Below, piece by piece: positions 1 through 7,813 of a stretch of 64,000 nucleotides of DNA. The translations under genes were made by a program, and so were the position numbers. Positions within the stretch are counted from its first letter, which is position 1. Every line of letters begins with the position of its first letter. The stretch lies in the sequence record MK903282.1; one strand, 5' to 3'. Under the pieces are notes generated by a model. That model was not told the DNA's origin. It saw only the letters and a program-made list of their open reading frames with translations, and did not search any database. This DNA comes from Escherichia phage Mansfield.

Positions 1-70
1 ATTTTAAAATCATTTAAATTAATTTTTTTTCATATCCTCATACTTATACTAAACTTATATTTATACGTAC

Positions 71-132
71 TATCCGTAAGATATAAGTAAAAACAAAGAC
101 TTGCGGCAATACGGATGATACGTCATGATACG
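71..132. repeat. additional copies of the CGTATCATC iteron
   Basis: TATCCGTA at 71-78; inverted TACGGATGATACGTCATGATACG at 110-132. Confidence 0.6.
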
Positions 133-297
133 CTTCGACCAGCCAACAGCGGCTAAGTCATTGATTTGCATAACAAGCGGCGAAAGGGATGGATTTCTTT
201 TATACGTATCAAACAGTACACCACGCACCACGGTACGCTATTCATTCAGCACTATGATTTGTGTACGTTTACAGCCAATTTGAACATCAATCTGCAC

Positions 298-326
298 TTG
301 AATATAATGTTCATTCATTGTATAAT
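298..326 (+). promoter_or_regulatory. sigma70-like promoter TTGAAT-N17-TATAAT
   Basis: TTGAAT at 298-303, 17-nt spacer, TATAAT at 321-326; sits inside the long ORF 166..834, so the true start is downstream. Confidence 0.45.
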
Positions 327-360
327 TCACACTATTAATTTGCACTATGGGATTTGCACT

Positions 361-834
361 ATGAGTCAAGATTATGTAGCAATGCCTGAAGACTTTGAAG
401 ACCCGCGATTTGCAGAGCATAATCAGGCATTATTCGATGAGTTCATTGACCTTGTTATTCAGGGCCATGACATGCGCGCAGCTTTTGCACTAGTATTTGG
501 CATGGAGGTTGCGACCGATAACTACACTGGCCAGCGAATCCTCTGCACGCAACGCAATCCGTACTACAAGATGCGCTACAAAAAGCGTATGGAAGAGATG
601 CCATTGAAGGAATTGTGGAGCGTAAAGAGTTCCATCCACAATTTAGTGAAGCTTGTGCGTGATCCAGAAGTCGCGGCGTCAGCCAAGCTTAATGCCATTC
701 GTGAACTGAATATCATCTACGGCATCACGATGATTGATGAGAATGGCAATAGTAAAATGGGCCGTTCCATGGACGATTTCTACAAGGATTTTGGAGAGGC
801 AGCCAAAGAGGGTGAGCAATTCTCCCGCCACTAG
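361..834 (+). CDS. hypothetical early protein (157 aa)
   Basis: ORF 166..834 trimmed to ATG 361 because the predicted promoter lies inside the longer frame; ATG is embedded in 11-mer copy 2; no catalytic motif recognised. Confidence 0.5.
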   Translation: MSQDYVAMPEDFEDPRFAEHNQALFDEFIDLVIQGHDMRAAFALVFGMEVATDNYTGQRILCTQRNPYYKMRYKKRMEEMPLKELWSVKSSIHNLVKLVRDPEVAASAKLNAIRELNIIYGITMIDENGNSKMGRSMDDFYKDFGEAAKEGEQFSRH

Positions 835-853
835 CCAATTTGCACTATAAAAC

Positions 854-887
854 GGCCCTAGAACACATTTTCTCCACTTCTAGGGCC
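854..887 (+). other. stem-loop (8-bp perfect stem GGCCCTAG/CTAGGGCC, 18-nt loop)
   Basis: Inverted repeat immediately after the 361..834 stop and 11-mer copy 3; no U-tract, so not a canonical terminator. Confidence 0.35.
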
Positions 888-948
888 ATCGGTAATACGA
901 CGGGGAAGGTTACAACCGTAAACGCGTTAGAAGGTGTATTATTATAAG

Positions 949-1212
949 TCATCTTTTAGTCACTTTACGTAACAATTTACGACCTTCCGCCGTCCAGTCG
1001 AACGACTCCACCAGCAGATTTGCACTATAACCTAAGACGATGCGCCCTTTCTCGTTATCGACCCGCCAACAAGTCTCGAATAGCATTCGATTTGCACTGT
1101 TAACTATCGCCGCAACGCGCGCTGGGTAAGCGCAATTTGCACTATGGTCGTAAAGGGATAAGGTGCGACCACTTCCGATGGATAACGTAGCGATGAGAAT
1201 AAGCGTATTCAT
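949..1212 (-). CDS. hypothetical protein (87 aa), doubtful
   Basis: ORF with GGTGG 3 nt upstream; carries three antisense 11-mer copies; CpG-rich. Confidence 0.3.
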   Translation of the reverse strand: MNTLILIATLSIGSGRTLSLYDHSANCAYPARVAAIVNSANRMLFETCWRVDNEKGRIVLGYSANLLVESFDWTAEGRKLLRKVTKR

Positions 1213-1263
1213 AAGCCACCAATTTGCACTATGAAAAGCGACCCCCGAAGGGCCGCCATTCGA

Positions 1264-1890
1264 TTAGATAATCTGGAATGTGTAGGACTTGTTGCCGAAC
1301 TCGAAGTTCAAGCGCCCAGCTTCCTTAAGCTTCATACGGAAGCGAATGTGCTTGCTATCCGGTAATCCCAGCGCGGCGAACGCTACGCGGACCGATTTAA
1401 ACTCGCCTACACCTTCGACCATAACGCCGTTACGGGTGAGACGCTTTTGCGCTACTTCCTTGTTATCCCAACTTTTTGCAATACCTTCGCTATTCGAACG
1501 GCGATGAGAAGGAGTTCCATTTTGCACTACGCAATTTGCACTATCGTTTAGGCCGCTTTTAACGAAGGCTTCATACTCTTCGTCGGTCATCGCGTCGAGT
1601 TCTTCCTGAGTCGGCTCGGCCTTTTTAACGACCGCACGCGCCTTATGCGTTTTTACATCGCTGGACACTTCCTCGCGCGACTTCGCGTCGGGAATGGGCG
1701 ATTCGTTGGACGGCGCATCGAGCGCGTTTAAGGACTCGATCAACGCGATTACGCGAGTCTCGGCGGTCCGGCGGTCCGCGAATTTCTTAATCGGCTTCGA
1801 ACCGGAATTTGCATTATAAAATGCAACGAGGTCGGCGGTCTTAGTTGCGATAACGTCGCCGCTAGTAGAGAAGCGATTTAAGCTAACCAT
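1264..1890 (-). CDS. hypothetical protein (208 aa)
   Basis: SD context TAGGAGTTTATT-ATG as in the paralog cassettes; no own promoter seen, likely co-transcribed with 1971..2255. Confidence 0.55.
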   Translation of the reverse strand: MVSLNRFSTSGDVIATKTADLVAFYNANSGSKPIKKFADRRTAETRVIALIESLNALDAPSNESPIPDAKSREEVSSDVKTHKARAVVKKAEPTQEELDAMTDEEYEAFVKSGLNDSANCVVQNGTPSHRRSNSEGIAKSWDNKEVAQKRLTRNGVMVEGVGEFKSVRVAFAALGLPDSKHIRFRMKLKEAGRLNFEFGNKSYTFQII

Positions 1891-1970
1891 AATAAACTCC
1901 TATTTGTTAGGGCGCTAGGCGCGAAAGAATTTTATTAAAGCGCCGCGCACGACGCTCTAAAAATCCTCTC

Positions 1971-2255
1971 TTACGCTTCGACGAGGGAGAAGGTCTCAAA
2001 TTCTTCTTCGCCCATAACGAGTAAAATATTACCGATTTCGACCGCTTCGAAGAAGTATCCGTTAACGTTTACTTCGAAGGCTTCGCGGTCCGATTCCGGT
2101 AACGCCGCGTAAAGTTTAAAAGCCTCGGCGACCGTTACCCCACCCGCTTCGATAGTTTGGTCTACGTTCGCGGCGTAGACTTCGGATAAATTTTGTTTTA
2201 CGCCGTAGTTCTCGACGATAGCGTTACGGATAGAAGAAACGTTAAGAATAGCCAT
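1971..2255 (-). CDS. acidic small protein, paralog family member (94 aa)
   Basis: TAGGAG SD 6 nt upstream; shares blocks (NVDxTIE, xNGyfyexxEIG) with 2889..3179; net charge about -13. Confidence 0.6.
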   Translation of the reverse strand: MAILNVSSIRNAIVENYGVKQNLSEVYAANVDQTIEAGGVTVAEAFKLYAALPESDREAFEVNVNGYFFEAVEIGNILLVMGEEEFETFSLVEA

Positions 2256-2323
2256 TTTAAACTCCTAGTTGGGAGAGGCGTTAACGACCTATTCGTTAAC
2301 TCATCCCGTCCCGATATGAGTAC

Positions 2324-2351
2324 ATTATAATATAGTGTAGAAAAAAGTAAA
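2324..2351 (-). promoter_or_regulatory. sigma70-like promoter (minus strand) TTTACT-N16-TATAAT
   Basis: Reverse complement of 2346-2351 is TTTACT and of 2324-2329 is TATAAT; downstream 5'UTR aligns with that of the 2889 cassette. Confidence 0.55.
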
Positions 2352-2395
2352 GCACTTTTTCGATAAAAATGCGATAAATTATTTTATCTTTTTTC

Positions 2396-2423
2396 TTTAC
2401 TTCTTCGTACACTCGCGTATACT
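2396..2423 (+). promoter_or_regulatory. sigma70-like promoter TTTACT-N16-TATACT
   Basis: Shares CTTTACTTCTTCGTACACT and TATATCGAGAGG blocks with the promoter at 2793. Confidence 0.55.
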
Positions 2424-2477
2424 TATTTATATCGAGAGGCGATGGGCCTCTTCTCTTCTACCATCGGGAGTTTTATT

Positions 2478-2780
2478 ATGGCTACTTTAATTTCTTCTAT
2501 CCTTACTTACGACGAAGACCGTTTAACCGTTCGCTCTCTTATCGCCGCCGTTAACGCGGAACTAGAATCTAGCGCCATTAAGGTCCGCGCCGTCGCCTTC
2601 ATCGGCCTTTCCTTCGACGATATTAAATACGCCGAACGTAGCGCCATCCGCTTCGCGAAGACCGACGACGAAGCCGTTACCCTTATCGAGACGGTTACGC
2701 CGCGCGGCGAAGCGTTAATTATCGTCGAGTATATCGACGTAGAAGGCGATAAGGCGTATAAATATTTTATCGCAAAATAA
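2478..2780 (+). CDS. acidic small protein, paralog family member (100 aa)
   Basis: ORF 2442..2780 trimmed to ATG 2478 (GGGAG SD 8 nt upstream); weaker similarity to the other two paralogs. Confidence 0.55.
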   Translation: MATLISSILTYDEDRLTVRSLIAAVNAELESSAIKVRAVAFIGLSFDDIKYAERSAIRFAKTDDEAVTLIETVTPRGEALIIVEYIDVEGDKAYKYFIAK

Positions 2781-2792
2781 CGAAAAAAGTGC

Positions 2793-2821
2793 TTTACTTC
2801 TTCGTACACTAAGACTATAAT
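2793..2821 (+). promoter_or_regulatory. sigma70-like promoter TTTACT-N17-TATAAT
   Basis: TTTACT 2793-2798, TATAAT 2816-2821; conserved 5'UTR then TAGGAG SD. Confidence 0.6.
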
Positions 2822-2888
2822 GTTTTATATCGAGAGGGGATGAGGTAGCGAATAGGTCGCTACCCTTCCGACTAACTAGGAGAATATT

Positions 2889-3179
2889 ATGATTACTTTA
2901 TCCGCTATCCGTTCCGCTCGCGTCGAAACTTCCGAAAACTCTAACGTATTTGGCGAAACGTTAGAGAGCGTTTATCTCTCTAACGTAGACGCGACTATCG
3001 AGTCTATTTATGAACCGATCAACTTCCTCGACCTTTACAAGTATCGCGACGAGGACGTAGTATCCTACCGCGTAACGATTAACGGCTTCGTCTATACGAT
3101 TACCGAAATCGGCGGCGAATATATCGCTGTACCGCAACTCGGCGGAGAGGTGACTTATTTTAAAATCGTCTCCTTATAA
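2889..3179 (+). CDS. acidic small protein, paralog family member (96 aa)
   Basis: TAGGAG SD; paralogous to 1971..2255; net acidic. Confidence 0.6.
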   Translation: MITLSAIRSARVETSENSNVFGETLESVYLSNVDATIESIYEPINFLDLYKYRDEDVVSYRVTINGFVYTITEIGGEYIAVPQLGGEVTYFKIVSL

Positions 3180-3199
3180 TACCCTTCCGTTACTAATAG

Positions 3200-3224
3200 G
3201 CCGCGCTTAGTCGCGGCTTTTCTT
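3200..3224 (+). terminator. rho-independent terminator
   Basis: GCCGCG / CGCGGC 6-bp stem, 6-nt loop, followed by TTTTCTT; 20 nt after the 2889..3179 stop. Confidence 0.6.
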
Positions 3225-3344
3225 CGTCCCTATCCCGATGCGCGTCCTACGCGAAAACTCCTTTATCCTTCCCTTCGTCGTCGCATAATCTTCTTCGAGA
3301 TGCGCCTTAGTTCGCATAAGAGGTATTACGTTAAATGGAGAACA

Positions 3345-3418
3345 TCGCGTAAGTCCTTGTTTTATATAGACACCTATATCGGACCGTTAGGGAGGGTCGC
3401 GTAAGTCGTTGTTTTATA
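3345..3418. repeat. 22-bp direct repeat x2 (TCGCGTAAGTC[C/G]TTGTTTTATA)
   Basis: Copies at 3345-3366 and 3397-3418, one mismatch, in non-coding DNA. Confidence 0.7.
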
Positions 3419-3543
3419 AAGGCGCAAAACTTTCCCTTCGTTCCGAACTAAAACGAGAAATATGCCGACCCTTCGACGAAAAATAGTACGCATGCGAAAT
3501 TACCGACATCTAGAATAATCCCCACCGATATTATCCTACACGC

Positions 3544-3597
3544 AATCATTAGCTTTCGAATCATTATGCTTCATATCATTATGCGTCGAATCATTCG
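3544..3597. repeat. four phased copies of ATCATT (period 14-16 nt)
   Basis: ATCATT at 3545, 3561, 3575, 3590, each flanked by similar G/AAATCATTATG context. Confidence 0.5.
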
Positions 3598-3695
3598 CTT
3601 TCAAATTGTAACGCTGGAAACTGTAACGGCGATTGATTATTGCGTTCGTGTGGTTTTTAGGGCATGGGTCTTTTGGTGCGTTTTGGTACTTGATG

Positions 3696-3808
3696 AAATT
3701 TGCAGTACACTAATCAAAATACGACACATTCGGTCCACTAACTTTTCAAAGAAAAAGTCCCAGACAGTACCGTACTATTTTGTGCCCACAGTAAATTTGC
3801 AGTACACT
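3696..3808. repeat. 16-bp direct repeat x2 (AAATTTGCAGTACACT)
   Basis: Copies at 3696-3711 and 3793-3808; shares the ATTTGCA core with the 11-mer array. Confidence 0.7.
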
Positions 3809-3842
3809 CCTGCGCGGCAGGCAAAATAAAGGGCCGCAGCAG

Positions 3843-3884
3843 CGACCCACGACCCACGACCCACGACCCACGACCCACGACCCA
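3843..3884. repeat. tandem heptamer (CGACCCA) x6
   Basis: Six perfect head-to-tail copies; followed by a 12-bp direct repeat CCCACTATTCAC at 3881 and 3909. Confidence 0.85.
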
Positions 3885-3913
3885 CTATTCACGGTTAAAG
3901 CACCATCCACCCA

Positions 3914-4309
3914 CTATTCACTCTTATGGGCATCACCAAAGCCATCCGCAATCTGGCTGATCAGCGATTCAATGGACACAGTTTTACCAATTGATCGAGC
4001 GGTAATAGCAAGCATATTATCAATCAAACCGCGATTGACTGCATATGTTTCAGGTTTTGATTCATCTCCAGGACAACCAAAAAGCTGGTCGCGCAAACTT
4101 TCGAGGGAACGCTCAATATTTTCCAGCTTCTCTTCTAAATCGGATTGGCGACGTAAAACCCATGTTAAGTCGCGGTTGCCGACTTCCAATCCATTATAAT
4201 CGCAAGATGGAACGTCAATTTTGATGCTGCCACCAAAGGCCATTCCGCTGCCTTTAGTATATGCGTGGTGAATAGAATCATTTTTATTTGACATATCATT
4301 ACCTTTCAT
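3914..4309 (-). CDS. hypothetical protein (131 aa)
   Basis: ORF; no motif recognised. Confidence 0.5.
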   Translation of the reverse strand: MKGNDMSNKNDSIHHAYTKGSGMAFGGSIKIDVPSCDYNGLEVGNRDLTWVLRRQSDLEEKLENIERSLESLRDQLFGCPGDESKPETYAVNRGLIDNMLAITARSIGKTVSIESLISQIADGFGDAHKSE

Positions 4310-4367
4310 GAGGGTGATTAACTTAAATTATAATAAAGCCGCATAGCGCGGCATTCAAATCGGTTTG

Positions 4368-4616
4368 TTAATTGTAACGATTGGATTCATCAATCGATAC
4401 CAACTGTGCTGGGTCGCCGGATACGGTCGAGCCAACGATACCCATCTGCTGAAAGAACTCTGAATAAACTTCCTTCCAGTATTTACGCGCTGCTTTCTGA
4501 GCCTGTCCTTTGCGCTTGAAGCTTTTACCTTGAAAGATGAAACGGTCGCTTGCCGCTCGATACTCCACCACACCTTCCAGCCATTGTAAGAATGCTACTG
4601 ATTCATTCTGATTCAT
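4368..4616 (-). CDS. hypothetical protein (82 aa)
   Basis: ORF; overlapping alternative frame 4355..4573 judged less likely. Confidence 0.4.
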   Translation of the reverse strand: MNQNESVAFLQWLEGVVEYRAASDRFIFQGKSFKRKGQAQKAARKYWKEVYSEFFQQMGIVGSTVSGDPAQLVSIDESNRYN

Positions 4617-4623
4617 GTTAACC

Positions 4624-5019
4624 TCAATATTTTAATAAGAAAGCACCCAACCAACTTTCCTCAATCTCGCGCCCAGTAGCCACACGGTCGGTCTTTGCCA
4701 TGGGTCTGGATTCGCCACATGGCAATCCGTCTTGTAGTTGTGTACTATTTCCAATTCTCACCATGACCTTTCCATCAGGGGCGATATAAGCGCGACAACC
4801 CATGATTTCGAGTCGTTGTAGACACTGGCGAATCGTTTTCAGCCTTTCACCGGACCGGATAGAGCGCGGTCGCGACCGCTGACCGTTCTTATTCACTGTA
4901 CGCTTAACGACAGGAATCTCATTGGTGCGTTGCGCTTTCGGTCGGTAGTAGGCTTCTTCTCCAGGAGTTGCGCCTGGCGTCAATTCGCGCTTGAGAGCCT
5001 TTTCAATATCGATGATCAT
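4624..5019 (-). CDS. hypothetical basic protein (131 aa)
   Basis: ORF; Arg/Lys-rich N-terminal half. Confidence 0.5.
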   Translation of the reverse strand: MIIDIEKALKRELTPGATPGEEAYYRPKAQRTNEIPVVKRTVNKNGQRSRPRSIRSGERLKTIRQCLQRLEIMGCRAYIAPDGKVMVRIGNSTQLQDGLPCGESRPMAKTDRVATGREIEESWLGAFLLKY

Positions 5020-5022
5020 GAT

Positions 5023-5121
5023 TTATGCCGCTGCAGCGTAAACAATTGCATAAGCAATTCCAAATAGCGCGGCGATGCATACCGTGCCCCAAAGTGCAAA
5101 GCGTCGTGACTCTTTATCCAT
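5023..5121 (-). CDS. small hydrophobic peptide (32 aa), tentative
   Basis: Not in the ORF track (<60 aa); ATG abuts the stop of 5122..5409 (TAAATG); translation MDKESRRFALWGTVCIAALFGIAYAIVYAAAA. Confidence 0.25.
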   Translation of the reverse strand: MDKESRRFALWGTVCIAALFGIAYAIVYAAAA

Positions 5122-5409
5122 TTATTTATCCCCAACGTCCATGAAATTAAACACTAATTTTGCCATGTCATCTTGTGAAACGACACTGTAGTGTTTAGGC
5201 AAATTGCTTTCTGACAATACCTTCTGGGCTTCTTCTGCCGTCTCAAACAAAGGAATGCACCAATTAACTGCGTCGCCAGAATCATTGCTATCAACTTGTT
5301 TCAAGAAAACCAAGCGGTTGTCTTCAGGATCAATTCCGCAAATCACGTATTTAGGCAATGCTTTTGCTTTTTGGGCCTTATCGATGTCTTCAAATTTCAT
5401 TTCATTCAC
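5122..5409 (-). CDS. hypothetical protein (95 aa)
   Basis: ORF. Confidence 0.5.
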   Translation of the reverse strand: MNEMKFEDIDKAQKAKALPKYVICGIDPEDNRLVFLKQVDSNDSGDAVNWCIPLFETAEEAQKVLSESNLPKHYSVVSQDDMAKLVFNFMDVGDK

Positions 5410-5483
5410 CTCACTTGTTAACGTATAATGAGTATAACTTAATAGAGCATAAAGTAAAGGCGCTTTTCAGCGCCTTGAGTGAA

Positions 5484-7775
5484 TTATTTTGCTGCCTTTA
5501 GCGCGGCTATCTCTGCCTTCAAATCTTCAATTTGCTTATTGAGATACTGCACACAACCCATCAAGTCCATGACGATTGGGTTGTTGTCCACTGAAGGTCG
5601 GTCGCGCGTCTTCTCGCCTATCTTATTGCCTTCCTCATCAAAAATATCCTCATAAGGCATTTCATGATGCTTGATGTATTGTGGTGCGATCACCTCCGCT
5701 TCTTCGGCAATAATCCCGAATCTTACGCGCTCTTGCTCGTCATCCTTGTAGACAAAGTTCACTAGACGCTGTGAATTGATTCTGTCCATCGCTTCCTTTG
5801 CATCTGCATCAACGATGTCCCTTTTATATTCAAGACCGGACGTGCCTTGAAGCGCGATTGTTCCAGATGTTGAAGTCGGGAAGTCGAGAGTGATTTCACC
5901 AGTACGGTTGCCATCCTTGCGACGGAAGAATAAACGATAGTAGCGCGTACCGTTGGTGCCCAGCGCGGCTTCAAAAAACATCATACCGCCTACAACCGTG
6001 TCAGGGACTGTTCCGCCGCCGATGTAGTTTGGCTTCATCGAAAGTTGCGGGTACTGCCCATCAATGATTGAAACGCTGCCAGCAAATACTGCGTTTCCTT
6101 TGGAAGTTATCATCCCAGGGGCAGTAAAATCACCTCTTTCGTTAAAGTCATATACCGCTGTCAATCCGCTTGTTCGGTTATACACGTTTAAACGTGCATA
6201 ATACGTCGCGCCAATCGCTGCGCGGATACGCCAACTCATTTGCGCTTCTTGAACGCCATTAACGTTGTAGCGTGAAATGATTTCGCCGCCGTCAGCAGTG
6301 GTGCCTGGGCCTGGCATAGCGGAGTCACCAGTGATCACACTCCAAGATGTATTCGCTGCAACAAACCCGCCAGATGCACGAATAACCCAGACGCCTACAA
6401 AGCAGTCAGGGCGCACCTTTGACGAGCGTCCGTAAGCGGCATTCGACCTGCTTGCGCTATAGTTGAATGTTCCGTATCTGGTTTCAGAAGAAGGCGTTGC
6501 AATATTTATTGCTTGGTTGTTTTGTGAAGAAAAAGAGAATGCACCATATCCATTGCCTGTTTGATATGTATACGCGGTGAAAGAGCCTGTTATGTCTGGG
6601 GCACCGTTTTCAAACACATCACCTGCAGCAGATGATATTCCGCCGTCACCACGTCCGAACAATTCCTTAATTGAACCCGTCTGCACGCCGTTAAAATCAG
6701 GTACGCGAAATGTCGTCGTACCGTTACCGGAAGAATAACGACCGCGTTTTTTCGAGTCTGCAAGCCAGTCAGCATCAGCAATAGGGGAAAGCATTTGTGC
6801 ATACGCCCAAAGCTCAGGCCAGTCTGCACGGTTAAGTAATTGACCGTCCGCTACGACCTCGTACGGTTGGATATATGCACGACTATTTCGTAAGTGGAAG
6901 TCCCCAACGCCATAGTTCATAACACCGTTCATGTTTGGCCCAACGGTGCCTGTATTTACTAAGTTTTCCACCCAACGCTTTGTCGCGGCATCATAATCGT
7001 TGACTGGGTCACCAGCAAGCGGCGTTGAACCTTGTGGGCGAATGTTTAACCATGCTTGAGCATTCTCTCCAGAGCCTGTGCCGCCCATGGAAGTCGGAAC
7101 AACGCTCTGATCGGCCACAGGTCCGAATCCGAATGCATCTTTCATCCCCTGAATTGTGGTTTGGCCTGTTCCACCGTTCGATATTGGGATGATGCTCTGC
7201 TCACTGTAGATTGCTTTCCAAGGACTCCAACCAACAACTGGGTCATGAACTCGAATAAATTGAGAACCATTATTGTTGTATATGGTGTATATTTGTACGC
7301 ATCCATCAGCGCCATTTGCATAATTCTGCTTAACTTCCAGAACACCAGCAATTTGGGCTGGATAGTTTAGAGCAGGTGATGCATTGCTTGATCTGTCTTG
7401 ATAATAATAACCAAACCAGGTGCCAGTCAGAGCATTGAGATTTATTCCAGATGGAATAGGCCCGAAATTTCTAACAGTATTGGTCAAAGATGCGGCAGTA
7501 GTACGAATTGAAAGTAAATCACCAGCCGCCCATGCACGTGCTGCCGTACCTTCTTGTGCACGTTGAACGGTCAGGACGTTTCCAACCACGGCTGTTACTG
7601 TGACGATTTCGAATTGGAGGCCTGTTGCAGCGTCGACGATTGTCGCCACTACACGCTCGTTTGCGCCCAAAGTCGGAAAACCCGACCCTGAGCGAATTGT
7701 TATTGTGGTGTCTGAAGTCGTCGTTGGTTGAGCCAGCGCGACCTCAAAGTTGTTTTTGAATATTAGCCTTGGCAT
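5484..7775 (-). CDS. tail fiber/tailspike with C-terminal intramolecular chaperone (peptidase S74-like) domain
   Basis: 763 aa, Gly/Ser/Thr/Asn-rich body; C-terminal ~110 aa (...SGLEYKRDIVD...RFGIIAEEAEVIAPQY...IEDLKAEIAALKAAK) matches the autoproteolytic chaperone domain of phage fibers. Confidence 0.75.
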   Translation of the reverse strand: MPRLIFKNNFEVALAQPTTTSDTTITIRSGSGFPTLGANERVVATIVDAATGLQFEIVTVTAVVGNVLTVQRAQEGTAARAWAAGDLLSIRTTAASLTNTVRNFGPIPSGINLNALTGTWFGYYYQDRSSNASPALNYPAQIAGVLEVKQNYANGADGCVQIYTIYNNNGSQFIRVHDPVVGWSPWKAIYSEQSIIPISNGGTGQTTIQGMKDAFGFGPVADQSVVPTSMGGTGSGENAQAWLNIRPQGSTPLAGDPVNDYDAATKRWVENLVNTGTVGPNMNGVMNYGVGDFHLRNSRAYIQPYEVVADGQLLNRADWPELWAYAQMLSPIADADWLADSKKRGRYSSGNGTTTFRVPDFNGVQTGSIKELFGRGDGGISSAAGDVFENGAPDITGSFTAYTYQTGNGYGAFSFSSQNNQAINIATPSSETRYGTFNYSASRSNAAYGRSSKVRPDCFVGVWVIRASGGFVAANTSWSVITGDSAMPGPGTTADGGEIISRYNVNGVQEAQMSWRIRAAIGATYYARLNVYNRTSGLTAVYDFNERGDFTAPGMITSKGNAVFAGSVSIIDGQYPQLSMKPNYIGGGTVPDTVVGGMMFFEAALGTNGTRYYRLFFRRKDGNRTGEITLDFPTSTSGTIALQGTSGLEYKRDIVDADAKEAMDRINSQRLVNFVYKDDEQERVRFGIIAEEAEVIAPQYIKHHEMPYEDIFDEEGNKIGEKTRDRPSVDNNPIVMDLMGCVQYLNKQIEDLKAEIAALKAAK

Positions 7776-7813
7776 TTTACGGTCCTCGTTTTGTCGACAA
7801 CCGTATTATAACC

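Larger units (their letters stand above)
164..1817 (+). repeat. dispersed same-orientation array of 11-mer ATTTGCACTAT
   Basis: Exact copies at 338, 352, 838, 1018, 1135, 1222, 1534; one-off variants at 1090, 1519, 1807; looser variants at 164 and 277; tandem pairs at 338/352 and 1519/1534; no exact copy noticed elsewhere in the window. Confidence 0.8.

Noticed and set aside
166-360. N-terminal 65 codons of ORF 166..834
   Set aside because: A well-spaced sigma70-like promoter (298-326) lies inside this stretch and the translated sequence is low-complexity; start moved to 361.
361-834. Assignment of 361..834 as terminase small subunit
   Set aside because: Only weak helix-turn-helix-like impressions and distance from terL; left as hypothetical.
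3566-3829. 87-aa ORF in the repeat-rich non-coding region
   Set aside because: No SD, atypical composition, spans direct repeats; more likely non-coding.
3843-3884. Possible CRISPR array (tandem short repeats)
   Set aside because: Units are 7-bp head-to-tail copies with no spacers; the other repeat families nearby are irregularly spaced and too few; no cas genes seen.
5762-7351. Several nested or antisense ORFs inside the tail fiber gene
   Set aside because: All lie within or opposite a long, well-supported coding frame.
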